In this document: in pieces, positions 10,051-20,771 of the stretch
Numbering within the stretch: the stretch's first letter is position 1
Layout of the letters: every line of letters starts with the position of its first letter
Source of the DNA: an uncultured bacterium
GTDB taxonomy: Bacteria > Margulisbacteria > WOR-1 > CAVSGV01
Reading direction: 5' to 3'
Assembly: GCA_963768305.1 (NCBI GenBank)
Contig: CAVYHE010000008.1
Location: 64,001 to 128,000, forward strand
DNA: 64,000 nt
Position numbers and translations under genes: made by a program
Notes under the pieces: model-generated
Databases searched by the model: none
The model's input: the letters and a program-made list of their open reading frames with translations, nothing else
What the model was told of the DNA's origin: nothing

Positions 10051-13000
10051 ATGTTCATGCAACACCTGACCATTTCTTTTATCTTGCTGGAGCTGCTGGA
10101 CTATATCACATCAGTTGCGTTCTTCTTTTTAGCGCTTTACATTTTACTGAGAAATCCGCGTTCCCCCCTCAACCGCGCCTATTTCTGGCTGATGGGCAGC
10201 TTTTTTGTCTGGAGCTTTCCGCTTTTCATCGTTCATAACCCTTATTCAACAGAAGGAACCACCACCCTGTTTTACAATATCAGCTCCATCGGCTGGGCCG
10301 CCTTTGCCGGCCTGTCGCTTTATGCCACCGTGATCTTTAGCGGGAATAAAGCTCTCAACCGCTTTAAACCCTTAGTCCTTATCCCCATCCCCTTCTTTAT
10401 CTTACTTCACTGGGCCGGTTACTTGTCCGGAAAACATGTTCTTCAATCCTGGGGCTGGTCATATAGTTGGGATTATTCGTTCTGGCCAGTCTTATTTTAT
10501 CTTTATTTCCTGGTTTTCATGGCGGCAACTTTTTATCTGTTGTACGTCCTCTGGCAGAAAGGCGAAACCAAGCTTATCAGGAACCAGGCTTCCATCATAT
10601 TACTTACCGGCATCATCTCCTTTGTCCCGGCATCACTAATTGATATAGTACTGCCCCTGTCCCGTATTTACTTTATACCTAATATCGGCCCTTCCTTCGT
10701 ATTGATCTTTGCCCTTGGCATAATCTACGCCATGACCCGGTTCCATTTTGCTATATCCGAGGAGGAGATCAAGGTCGAGGTGGAAAAGGCAACACAAAAG
10801 GAGCGGGAATTTTCTGATATTCTGGTCAAAACCGCCCAAGTTATCATTCTTGTTCTGGATCCCATGGGGAGGATAGTCAGCTTCAACCCGTACATGGAAA
10901 AGCTGAGCGGGTACAAGCTTGAAGAAGTAAAGGGCAAGGACTGGTTCTCGATATTCTTAAAAAAATACGATTACGACAAGCTCCGCGATCTTTTTAAAAA
11001 AGCCATCAGCAGTATCGAGACAAAAGGGAATGTAAATGTTATTTTGGCGAAGGACGGCCGGGAAGATCTATACCGAATGGTATGATAAGACATTGAAGGA
11101 TGGCGAAGGGAACGTGGTCGGCCTTATCTGCATCGGCCAGGATGTCACCGAGCGCAGGAAAACGGAGGATGAGCTGAAAGAGAGCGAGGCTAAATATCGC
11201 GCCATTGTGGACCAGTCTTTTGTAGGGATAGGGATCGCCAAAGGCAATCATGTCATATTTGCGAACAATGCTTTGTTGAAGATCTTCAATTACGATAACA
11301 TGGGAGAGTTTCTAAAATTCCTTTACTTGACCATGTTGCGCCGTCTTCACGTAAAACGATCGAAGATAAGATGAAGATGGCCGCCGAAGGAAAAACCATT
11401 GGCTCAGAATTTGATTATCAGATAATAGCCAAAGGGGGACAGGTCAAGACATTGCACATTGCCATCGCTCATGTGTCAATTGGAGGGGAGGTTTTCGCAT
11501 ATTCTTCTTTCCTGGACATCACCGAGCGAAAACAAGCGGAAGATGCATTGCGACAAACCAGTGAGAAGTTCGCCAAGATCTTTAATACCAGCCCGGATTC
11601 CATTACCATCACCCGGCTTTCCGACGGCAAATATCTGGAAGTGAACAAGAGCTTCACGGACACTACCGGCTTTACGCCTGAAGAAGTCCTGGGGCGATCG
11701 TCTCTGCCAGGCGGCGCAGCGCTTTGGACCAATAAGGAAGACCGTGATCGGATGGTGGCCGGTTTAACCTCGCGCGGTGAAGTTATCGGCATGGAAGCGC
11801 CGTTACACATGAAGAACGGCACAATCATTACCGCGCTGTTGTCCGCACGCGTTCTGGAGATCGACGGCAAAAAATGTATCCTGACGATAGCGCGGAACAT
11901 CACCGAGCGCAAGAAGCTGGATGAGCAATTAAGGGAAAACGAGGAGAAATATCGCACTCTGATCGAGAACGCAGGCGAAACGATCCTGGTGGCGCAGGAT
12001 GAGAAATTTAAATTCATTAACAGCAAGTCGCTCGATCTTATCGGATATAAACCCGAAGAATTGATCGGCAAACCATTCATCAACTATATATACCCGGAAG
12101 ACAGGAAGATGGTGGCGGAACGCTATGTCCAGCGCTTGAAGGGCGAAGAGCCGCCGAACAATTATTCTTTCCGCGTTATAAATAAAGCCGGCCAGAACAG
12201 ATGGGTGCAGATGAGCTCGGTGTGGATCGATTGGCAGGGGAAACCGGCAACGCTTAACTTTCTTACCGATATAACGGAAAGCAAGTTGAGCGAGATCGCG
12301 CTGAAAGAGTCCGAAGCCAGGTATAGACTGCTTTTCGATTCTTCGAACGATATTCTGGTGCAGATCGACAAGTCCATGAGGCTTACTGATATTAATTATA
12401 AGGCGGAAGAGATCAGCGGTTATAAAAATGAGGAGCTGGTCGGCAAGAGCATTAGCACCCTGGCGGATAAATTCACGCCGCAAAGTATAGCCGCGATGCT
12501 CGCCAACTTCGCTAAAAGAAAACTGGGTATCCCTGTCGGGCCCTACGAGGTTGAAGCATTCGACACCCACAGGAACAAATTATCTTTTGAGATCAATGCG
12601 GTTCCGCTCAAAGATAGCGCGGGCAAGGACATTGGCGAAATGGCTATCCTGCATGACATAACCGAACGGAAAAAGGCGGAGGAGCTGCTAGTAGAGAACG
12701 AAGAGAAATTCAGGAGCATTATTGAAAGCTCAAGCGACCAGATATTCATGCTGGATAAGGACAACAGGTTTTTGTTGATAAATAAGGCCTCTGCTTCTAT
12801 TTCCGGAAAGGCTCCTCAAGAGATGATCGGCAAGTCGATATTTGATATATTCCCGGAAAGTACCGCCGCCCAATTCTCAGAAAACACCAAGAAAGTGTTC
12901 GAGACAGGCAAGAGCTTTTCTTTGGATGAAACGATAACCATCCGGGGCCAAAAGTTTTACAGCAGCACCAAATTAAATCCTATCAGGGATGACAGGGGAA

Positions 13001-13795
13001 AAGTGACAGCGGTAACGGGGATAGTAAGGGATATCACCGATCACATAAAGGCCGAGGAAGAAAAACAAAAAGTAGCCGCGGCTGAAGTAGAGAAGAAGAG
13101 GATAAAAGAACTGCTTTCCATAATATCCCATGAGCTGCGCACCCCCTTGACCCCCATCATGGTCTACGCTTCCATGTTCTTGAAGGAAAAATACGGCAAA
13201 CTGGCCCCGAAATACCTGGAGACGGCCGATATCATCAAAAAAGAGAGCGAACACCTGCAGGGTGTAATACAGGATTTTCTGGATGCGGCGCATGTCGTGG
13301 GAAATGTCGCGATAAGGTTGAGCGAAAAACGGGTCTCCGTCAAGCCGATACTTGATGAATTGCTTTCCGTCATAGGGGACCAGTTCGAAGCAAAAGGGGA
13401 TCGGCGTTGAAGTTTCACTGCCGAAAGATCTTCCGCCTGTTTTCATCGATGCGGATAAAATAAGGACGGTATTTTCCAACCTTCTGCTGAACGCCCTGAA
13501 ATTCACCCCTAAAGGAGGCAAAGTGAAAGTGACCGGAGAAGTGCAGGGCAAGGATGTCCTTTTCCGCGTCATTGACAACGGGATAGGCGTTGCCCCCGAG
13601 AACCTGGAGAGGATATTTGATAAGTTCTTCCAGGTGGATTCATCCATGACGCGAACAGAGGGGGGCATGGGATTGGGACTGGCTATTGCCGACGAATTTG
13701 TTAAAATGCACGGAGGGATGATTTGGGCCGAGTCTGAGGGCCTGGGCAAAGGCACGCAGATCTGCTTTACCCTGCCGATTAAGGAGGAAAAATGA
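10051..13795 (+). CDS. Membrane multi-PAS sensor histidine kinase (split by frameshifts near 11070, 11320, 13400)
   Basis: N-terminal multi-TM region, repeated PAS/PAC (DITERK), H-box SHELRTPL, HATPase DNGIG/GMGLGL. Confidence 0.9.
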
Positions 13796-14868
13796 AAAAA
13801 AATAACGCCCTTTTCCTCAGCCCTCTTCTTATTGCCGCCGTGAACGCAAGCTCTCCGGAAGTGATATGTTTAAAGCTTGAATATAATAAGCCCTTTTTTG
13901 CCAGGACAGTCCCCCTGGTCATCTCCAGCGCATTATTCGCGCTTTTACTTGTGGCCGTTGCCTGGACCTATTATCTGTGGAGGCGGTCAAAATATGTCCA
14001 TTGTCCGGATTGTAACGCCCTCAATTCCAAATATTATAAGGTGTGCGTAAAGTGCGGAGCCAGGTTAAAACAACCGCCGCTGACCGGAGAGCAGAAAAAG
14101 TGGTTCGGGACATTCGGCTGGACGAAAAATCCTTTTATTCTGAACACTATCCCGGACACGCATGTGGACCGTAACGCGGAAGTCCTGCTTATCATAGAGA
14201 AACTCAATACTTTAAGCGGACATATCCTCATCATAGGGGGGATCGGCAGCGGAAAGACCATTCTCCTGCGCTGGCTGGAGAAGCGTTTAAAGGACAATTT
14301 CGAGACCATTTATGTCCATCGGCCGCCCGAAGATCCGGACGAATTGATCGATCTGGTCCTGCCGCTCATTACAAAAAGAACGTTGCGCGGCGGCAAGAAC
14401 ATGGACGCTTATAAATTTTACGAGCTGTGCAAAAATTCCCAAAAGAAGATATTGATCCTGCTGGACAAGGTGCATGAATCGCGGGAAATATTCAAGCGGT
14501 TCCTGTCCACGCTGGCGAACCTTCCCAATGTTTTCCTGATCATGGCGGGGGATCCCGAGGCGCGCGAAATGATAAAGCGCAATCTGCCGGACTTTTTTGA
14601 CCGCATCGCGGAGACCGTCTTCCTAGGCGCGCTCACCCTCAGCGGGATCGAAGAGCTGATCATAAAAAGAATAAATGACGCGGGCGGAAAGGGACCGGAG
14701 CCTTTCACCGCTCAAGCGATCGAAGAGATCCATTCTTTGAGCTATGGCATCCCTCTCAGGGCCCTGAAGATCTGCGATTGGGCCGTAGCCAACGCGGTGC
14801 GCGACAGGAAAGGCTCCATCGAGAAGAGTGATATCCAGGCTTACATGCCGGTAAAGCAAGGAGGTTGA
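13792..14868 (+). CDS. Membrane-anchored zinc-ribbon + ExeA-like AAA ATPase
   Basis: TM helix, CPDC..CVKC, FGWTKNPF, Walker A GGIGSGKT, GIPLRAL. Confidence 0.75.
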   Translation: MKKNNALFLSPLLIAAVNASSPEVICLKLEYNKPFFARTVPLVISSALFALLLVAVAWTYYLWRRSKYVHCPDCNALNSKYYKVCVKCGARLKQPPLTGEQKKWFGTFGWTKNPFILNTIPDTHVDRNAEVLLIIEKLNTLSGHILIIGGIGSGKTILLRWLEKRLKDNFETIYVHRPPEDPDELIDLVLPLITKRTLRGGKNMDAYKFYELCKNSQKKILILLDKVHESREIFKRFLSTLANLPNVFLIMAGDPEAREMIKRNLPDFFDRIAETVFLGALTLSGIEELIIKRINDAGGKGPEPFTAQAIEEIHSLSYGIPLRALKICDWAVANAVRDRKGSIEKSDIQAYMPVKQGG

Positions 14869-14870
14869 AC

Positions 14871-15251
14871 ATGGCGTATCAAATTTTGATAGTGGAAGAT
14901 CACAAACCGACATTAGACGCGGTCAAGGCCATCATTGAAGCGGAGGGTTACAAGGCTGACACCGCGGAAACAGGAGAAACGGCCATCGAAAAGATAACTT
15001 CCAAAGAATATGACCTGGTCATTCTGGATATTATGCTGCCCAGGGTGGACGGGTTCGAGGTATGCCGGCGGGTGAGATCGTCCTTTAAGAACAGCAAGAC
15101 CCCCGTGATAATGCTTACCGCCCTGGATATCCCTGAGATCGGCAAAAGGAGCATCGAAGCAGGCGCGAACGATGTGGTCTTAAAACCTTTCAGGCCGGAT
15201 GATCTGACCGCAAAGGTAAAAAAGTTCATTGTTACCGTAAAGAAAGAATAG
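14871..15251 (+). CDS. Single-domain response regulator
   Basis: ILIVED, LDIMLP, MLTA, KPF; GGAGG SD. Confidence 0.93.
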   Translation: MAYQILIVEDHKPTLDAVKAIIEAEGYKADTAETGETAIEKITSKEYDLVILDIMLPRVDGFEVCRRVRSSFKNSKTPVIMLTALDIPEIGKRSIEAGANDVVLKPFRPDDLTAKVKKFIVTVKKE

Positions 15252-15350
15252 TTGCAAATTATGCGCCATTAAGACATAATTCCACCTGATGTTCCTTTAT
15301 CACGTGACAGGTTTTTTTTGCGACTTCAGCTGCTGGACTGTTTCACATAT
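15252..15350 (+). pseudogene. Decayed copy of histidine kinase promoter and 5' end
   Basis: Matches 10015-10110: TTGCAAAT..CATAATTCC.CC..ATGTTC..CAC.TGAC..AGCTGCTGGACT.T.TCACAT. Confidence 0.7.
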
Positions 15351-15423
15351 GCCCGGCAGCTTTTTTATATGAAGCTTTTCGTTTTTCAGTCCCATGACCC
15401 TTGCCGGTAAAGCAGCTAGGAGG

Positions 15424-15807
15424 ATGAACATGGCAGACCCTATCTTGATCCTGATCGTGGATGACAACAAGCCCTCATTGGAAGCGGTGAAGGAAATTTT
15501 CAAGATGCAGGGTTACGAGGTTGAGACCGCGGATTGCGGAGAAATAGCCATTGAGATGATCGCTTCCAAAAAATATGCCGCAGTCATTCTGGATATCATG
15601 CTGCCCAGGGTGGACGGGTTCGAGGTCTGCAGGCGGGTAAGAGCGGACGCCAAGAACAGCAAAACCCCCGTGATATTGATCACAGCGCTGGATATTCCGG
15701 AGATAAGCAAAATGAGCGCTGAAGTGCGCGCGAACGACTTTATATTTAAACCTTTCAAGGCGGAAGACTTGGTCGCAAAGGTAAAAAAGTATATTCCAAA
15801 TACATAA
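15424..15807 (+). CDS. Single-domain response regulator (paralog of 14871)
   Basis: Shares VILDIMLPRVDGFEVCRRVR and KNSKTPVI. Confidence 0.93.
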   Translation: MNMADPILILIVDDNKPSLEAVKEIFKMQGYEVETADCGEIAIEMIASKKYAAVILDIMLPRVDGFEVCRRVRADAKNSKTPVILITALDIPEISKMSAEVRANDFIFKPFKAEDLVAKVKKYIPNT

Positions 15808-15824
15808 ATAGGGAGGTTAGCTAA

Positions 15825-15884
15825 ATGGTTGAATTAGTGATTTTAGTTATCTTAGTGATCATTCTCATAAAGGTCATAAAGTAA
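15825..15884 (+). CDS. 19-aa hydrophobic peptide MVELVILVILVIILIKVIK
   Basis: GGGAGG SD at 15811-15816, ATG 15825, TAA 15882-15884, 9 nt before ABC ATPase. Confidence 0.5.
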   Translation: MVELVILVILVIILIKVIK

Positions 15885-15893
15885 AGATCCCCG

Positions 15894-16574
15894 ATGCAGC
15901 TTGAGATCCGCGGCCTTACAAAGGTCTATGACAAGAAAAGCGGCCTGTTCCCTACCAGCTTCAGTGTTGATAAAGGGGAGTTTATTGCCGTCGTGGGCCA
16001 TAACGGCGCGGGAAAATCCACACTTCTAAAAATGCTTGGCAGCTGGATCCTCCCCGACAGCGGGCAGGCTTTTGTCGACGGCATAGATCTCAGGAACAGG
16101 TCCGCGTTCGTAAAGCTGGTGGGATTCGTCCCGGAAACCTCAGATCTTTTTGAACTTTTCTCCGTCGATTACAACCTCAAATTATTCGCCGGATTTTTTC
16201 AGGTCCCTTCTTCGCGTATAGAGGAAATACTTAATGAATTCGGGCTTCTGCCATTCCGTAAAAAAAGAATTGAAGTTTTGTCAAAAGGGCTCAAGCAAAG
16301 GGTAAGCATAGGCCGTTCTCTTCTGGCGGACCCGCCGGTGATGCTTTTTGACGAGCCAACGGCGGGGCTGGACTTTGAGATGACGAAAGAGGTCTACAGG
16401 CTTTTGAAAAGCATACACGCGCGGGGAAAGACGATCATATTCACCTCGCACCGGCCGGAGGAGATAAGGACGCTGGCGGCGCGGATACTTGTCCTGCATC
16501 AGGGAAAGATCGTCTTTGACGGGCCGACCGAAGAATATTTCAATTCAAAAGAATACAAGGACCTTTACTTATGA
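15894..16574 (+). CDS. ABC exporter ATP-binding protein
   Basis: GHNGAGKST, LSKG signature, FDEPTAGLD. Confidence 0.93.
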   Translation: MQLEIRGLTKVYDKKSGLFPTSFSVDKGEFIAVVGHNGAGKSTLLKMLGSWILPDSGQAFVDGIDLRNRSAFVKLVGFVPETSDLFELFSVDYNLKLFAGFFQVPSSRIEEILNEFGLLPFRKKRIEVLSKGLKQRVSIGRSLLADPPVMLFDEPTAGLDFEMTKEVYRLLKSIHARGKTIIFTSHRPEEIRTLAARILVLHQGKIVFDGPTEEYFNSKEYKDLYL

Positions 16575-17575
16575 TAAAAAATATTCTAGTTCTTATCAAA
16601 AATGACATTGCCATATCTTTCAAGAACAGGTCAATATACCTGATACTTTTTATCCCGCTGTTCGCGGTGATGTCCCTGAAAATGGTAGACCCGTCCAACT
16701 ATGCGTCCCGCGCGGTAAGGATCGGGATAGTTCAAAATGAATACTATCCGTCCGTCATCATGAAAAGCATAAGGTCGGCCGGAAGATTATTCACCGTTAC
16801 AACTGTCAGCGATGAAAAAGAGGGCGTGAAAAAGCTGAAAGACAGGGAGCTGGACGGGATTTTGACAAGGGCGAAGAACGGGACGCTTGGTCTTATAGTC
16901 GTGAAGAAAGAATCATTCCAGGCGCTGGCGATATTATCAAATGTCGCCGTCCTGCAAAGGTCGGCTGAGGGCAGGAGTTCAAGCTGGATATCGGAAATAA
17001 GGTCGTTGCAGGAAGGCGGGATCCAGAAGCAGGCATTGCCCACCTGGGTTTTGATGTCGGTGCTTCTGGTGGGATTTATCATAATGCCCGCGCAGGTGGC
17101 CGAGGAAAAAGAAAAGAAACTATTATTGGGGCTTTTGCAGACGCCGATGCAGGAGCTGGAGTGGGTGTTTGCCAAGCTTTTCGCGGGGATGATAATGACT
17201 TTCGCGGCGGTCATTCTGCTTCATTTGATGGGAGGGTTCGGTTTTGGGGATATCTCGAGTTATTTCCTGTTCCTTTTGGCGGGGAGTTTTTGTTTTTGCG
17301 CTTTCGGGATATTCCTGGGATTTTTGTGCGGGAGCCAGGCGAGCGCGAGGACTTTGGGGGTATTATTTTATCTGCCGTTCATGTTCCCTTCGGCGTTATC
17401 CGATTTTTCGCAAAAATTAAGCGCGGTGGCTCCCCTATTGCCTTCGTATCAATTCTACGGGCCGGTCAAGGTCAATCCTCCTGGAAGGCGGCAGGATAAC
17501 GGGTTTTCCGCTGGAGTGGATATATTTATGTATAATAGGCGCGCTTGGATGCGGGATATCTGTCAAATTAATTAA
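16571..17575 (+). CDS. ABC-2 type permease (3' end probably frameshifted near 17470)
   Basis: Multiple TM helices, AEEKEKK motif. Confidence 0.85.
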   Translation: MIKNILVLIKNDIAISFKNRSIYLILFIPLFAVMSLKMVDPSNYASRAVRIGIVQNEYYPSVIMKSIRSAGRLFTVTTVSDEKEGVKKLKDRELDGILTRAKNGTLGLIVVKKESFQALAILSNVAVLQRSAEGRSSSWISEIRSLQEGGIQKQALPTWVLMSVLLVGFIIMPAQVAEEKEKKLLLGLLQTPMQELEWVFAKLFAGMIMTFAAVILLHLMGGFGFGDISSYFLFLLAGSFCFCAFGIFLGFLCGSQASARTLGVLFYLPFMFPSALSDFSQKLSAVAPLLPSYQFYGPVKVNPPGRRQDNGFSAGVDIFMYNRRAWMRDICQIN

Positions 17576-17581
17576 GATCAG

Positions 17582-18040
17582 ATGGTTGATGTAAGAAAAA
17601 TGATAAAATATATTCGTGATGGCAGGTCTCCCATCCCCAAAAAAAGACTAACTTCCAAAATAATGAGCCGAATAAGAGCAAAGAATACTACTCCTGAGCG
17701 CTCACTGAGAAAAGCATTACGAAAAATCGGTCTGAAACATTTTAAATTACATGACCAAAGACTTCCTGGTCGTCCAGATATTTCCTTTCCGAAGCATAAA
17801 TTAGCTGTTTTCGTGAACGGCTGTTATTGGCATCGATGCCCATTTTGCAAGCCGAGTCTTCCTAAAAGTCATCTTAAGTTTTGGAGGGAAAAGTTCCGAA
17901 AGAACAAAGCCAGGGATAAGAAAAAGCTTTCGTTGTTGAAGAAACTTGGCTGGAAGAGTATTGTTGTATGGGAATGCAAGATCAGGAAAGAGGCTATCAA
18001 CATTGCATTAAAAATAGCGGAACGGGTGAGGTTAACATGA
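17582..18040 (+). CDS. vsr: Very short patch repair endonuclease
   Basis: MSRIRAKNTTPE, LPGRPDI, FVNGCYWH, VVWEC. Confidence 0.93.
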   Translation: MVDVRKMIKYIRDGRSPIPKKRLTSKIMSRIRAKNTTPERSLRKALRKIGLKHFKLHDQRLPGRPDISFPKHKLAVFVNGCYWHRCPFCKPSLPKSHLKFWREKFRKNKARDKKKLSLLKKLGWKSIVVWECKIRKEAINIALKIAERVRLT

Positions 18041-19410
18041 AGCTACCATATAATGAAAAGGACCTGAGGTCCATTGAGAAATATGCGAAGATACTTGAGG
18101 ATCATAAGCTAAACGACTTATATCCAATAGATTGGAATAGGGACCCTCATTACGATAAAGGGCAGTTTGGCAAATTGATCGAAGAGCTACATTTCAAAAG
18201 AACCCCTAATAACAGTCCTCTACCCGACTTTCCGGAGGCAGGTGTTGAATTAAAAACAACGGGCCTTATAAAGGTCAAGGATAGATTGCACGCGAAAGAA
18301 CGATTAAAACTAAATTCACTTAATTATTGTGATATGGATAAAGAAATATGGAAAAAGAGTCATTTTCTATCAAAGAACCTTAAAACATTATTAATCGCTT
18401 ATCTTTATAATCGAAATGAACATCCCATGGAACTTATCATTAAACTTTGCGGCTTATGGGAAATACCAGAGAAAGACCTGCTCATCATTAGATCAGATTG
18501 GGAAAAGATAAGAGCAAAAATAAATAATAATGTCCCTTGGCTTATATCAGAGGGGGATACATTATATCTTGGTGCCTGTACAAGCGGAAGTGATAGCAGA
18601 GAAACTGTCGTTATTCCAAGGTCTAAAAGGAAGGTTAAAGCACGCTCCCTCTGCTTTAAGAAACCCTATCTTGATGCGATATTGTGGGAACTCTCAATGG
18701 GAAAACTCGGGCAAAAGTTCGGAGAAGAAAAGATAATAAAAGACGACCATGAACTTATCAAACTCGGATTTGAAGGATATTTGATCAATAAATTCAAGCC
18801 ATTCATTGGGAAAACAATAAAACAAATAGCAAAGGATAAGAAGATCAAGGTCTCTATTAAAGCCAAGAATTACAACGATATCATCTCGAAGGCGATCCTT
18901 GGTCTAAAAGAAAGTCCGGAAAAATCAGAGGAATTCATTAAAGCAGGTATTGCTTTAAAGAGCATTGCGTTTGAAAGAAATGGGAACCTGATAGAAAGCA
19001 TTTCTTTCCCATATTTTAAATATGACGAATTAGTAGCAGAAAACGATTGGGACAGCTCAACAACAAGAGAAATGTTCGAACGAAAATTCTTTTTCGTTGT
19101 TTACCAAAAAGACAATAAGAACAACAAGGTCCTTAAAGGGGTCGTATTTTGGAATATTCCGCTTGATGACCTAGATAAACAAGTTAAGTCAGTGTGGATA
19201 GAAACAATAAAAAGATTGAGGATTAATCCAAAAAGTAAGCTTCCGGGGATGAAAGAAAATCCAATTTCTCATATAAGACCTCATGGAAGAGACGCAAAAG
19301 ATACATATACAACTATTTCAGGAATCAAGCTCAAAAAGTATTGCTTCTGGTTCAATGCTAAATATATCGAAACCGAGATCAAGAAATCACTCTCGAATTT
19401 AAGAACTTGA
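18037..19410 (+). CDS. Sau3AI/MutH-family type II restriction endonuclease
   Basis: KGQFG..IEE, PDF.EAGVELKTT, KERL, ISEGDTLYLGACT, HIRPH, CFWFN. Confidence 0.9.
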   Translation: MKLPYNEKDLRSIEKYAKILEDHKLNDLYPIDWNRDPHYDKGQFGKLIEELHFKRTPNNSPLPDFPEAGVELKTTGLIKVKDRLHAKERLKLNSLNYCDMDKEIWKKSHFLSKNLKTLLIAYLYNRNEHPMELIIKLCGLWEIPEKDLLIIRSDWEKIRAKINNNVPWLISEGDTLYLGACTSGSDSRETVVIPRSKRKVKARSLCFKKPYLDAILWELSMGKLGQKFGEEKIIKDDHELIKLGFEGYLINKFKPFIGKTIKQIAKDKKIKVSIKAKNYNDIISKAILGLKESPEKSEEFIKAGIALKSIAFERNGNLIESISFPYFKYDELVAENDWDSSTTREMFERKFFFVVYQKDNKNNKVLKGVVFWNIPLDDLDKQVKSVWIETIKRLRINPKSKLPGMKENPISHIRPHGRDAKDTYTTISGIKLKKYCFWFNAKYIETEIKKSLSNLRT

Positions 19411-19444
19411 TCCTAATTATGATTTACGCTATAATACAATCCAA

Positions 19445-20752
19445 ATGAGAAAGAAAAGCAATAAAACATTTACTGTTTGTGAATTATTTGCTGGTGTCGG
19501 AGGCTTCCGTTTAGGCCTTGAAGAAAGCGATTGGCAAGTCATTTGGTCAAACCAATGGGAGCCTTTCAAAAAAGAACAATTCGCCTCCGATTGTTATGTC
19601 GCTCATTTCGGTAAAGAGGGTCACTCGAACGAAGATATCGCTGTTGCCAAATATAAAGTTCCAAAGCATACTTTATTGGTCGGTGGTTTTCCGTGCCAGG
19701 ATTATTCCGTAGCTACTACGTTGGCAAAAGGAATACATGGAAAGAAAGGTGTCCTTTGGTGGGAAATCAGGGATATCATAAAGAAAACAAAGCCCCCCTA
19801 TGTTCTTCTTGAAAATGTCGATAGAATATTACGCTCACCTTCAAAACAAAGAGGCCGCGATTTTGGAATCATTTTATCCTGCTTAAATAAGCTTGGATAT
19901 ACTGTCGAATGGCGGATGATCAATGCCGCAGATTATGGATTCCCTCAGAAACGCAGAAGAACATTCATATTTGCTACTAGAGATAAACAACTGATAAAAA
20001 AGCTTTATTCGAAGAAGAAACTTGAAGATATTGTCGAAAACAACGGTTTCTTCGCACAGGAATTTCCTGTCAAGATAGATCAGGCGTTACGACCAGATGC
20101 CGAATGTATAAATATTAGTTCGAGTCTTATAGATATTACTAATACTTTTCAACATCATTTCTTTAATAGTGGATTTATGAGAAAAGGAGTCGTTTATACC
20201 GTAAAAACCATTCCTATATTTGAAAAAATAACACCCCTTCGATATATCATTAGTTTTGATCCTGTTGAGAAAAAATACTTCATCACAAAGAATGAATATA
20301 AAAAGTGGAAATATTGCAAAGGCGCAAAGGATGAACCAAGAACAAGTAAAACAGGCTTTGTTTATAGATATACTGAAGGAGCTATTCCTTTTCCTGATAA
20401 ACTAGATTCTCCTTCAAGGACAATGCTAACAAATGAAGGAGCGTCACGTCCGAATAGGATATCCCATATTATAAAGGACCCCATAAATGGCAGATTGAGG
20501 AGGTTGACACCTGAAGAAACAGAAAGATTGAATGGCTTCCCTCCCGGTTGGACCAATACAGATATGCCAGAACGATGGAGATATTTCTGTATGGGAAATG
20601 CTCTTGTTGTTGGATTAATAACAAGAATGGGCAAAAGATTACGCAAAGTGATTGAAAAAACCGACCAAATCAAAAAATCAGAGACAAAAATAACTTTTAA
20701 GAGAAGGGGTTCGTTCAATAATAAAGAATTTGAAAATGTAGTGAATATTTAG
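19445..20752 (+). CDS. dcm: DNA cytosine-C5 methyltransferase
   Basis: ELFAGVGGFRLG, GGFPCQDYS, LENVDR, QKRRR, MGNALV. Confidence 0.95.
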   Translation: MRKKSNKTFTVCELFAGVGGFRLGLEESDWQVIWSNQWEPFKKEQFASDCYVAHFGKEGHSNEDIAVAKYKVPKHTLLVGGFPCQDYSVATTLAKGIHGKKGVLWWEIRDIIKKTKPPYVLLENVDRILRSPSKQRGRDFGIILSCLNKLGYTVEWRMINAADYGFPQKRRRTFIFATRDKQLIKKLYSKKKLEDIVENNGFFAQEFPVKIDQALRPDAECINISSSLIDITNTFQHHFFNSGFMRKGVVYTVKTIPIFEKITPLRYIISFDPVEKKYFITKNEYKKWKYCKGAKDEPRTSKTGFVYRYTEGAIPFPDKLDSPSRTMLTNEGASRPNRISHIIKDPINGRLRRLTPEETERLNGFPPGWTNTDMPERWRYFCMGNALVVGLITRMGKRLRKVIEKTDQIKKSETKITFKRRGSFNNKEFENVVNI

Positions 20753-20771
20753 TTTTATAAAATATTTTATT

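Noticed and set aside
15290..15420. Riboswitch between the two response regulators
   Set aside because: Better explained as a decayed copy of the kinase 5' end.
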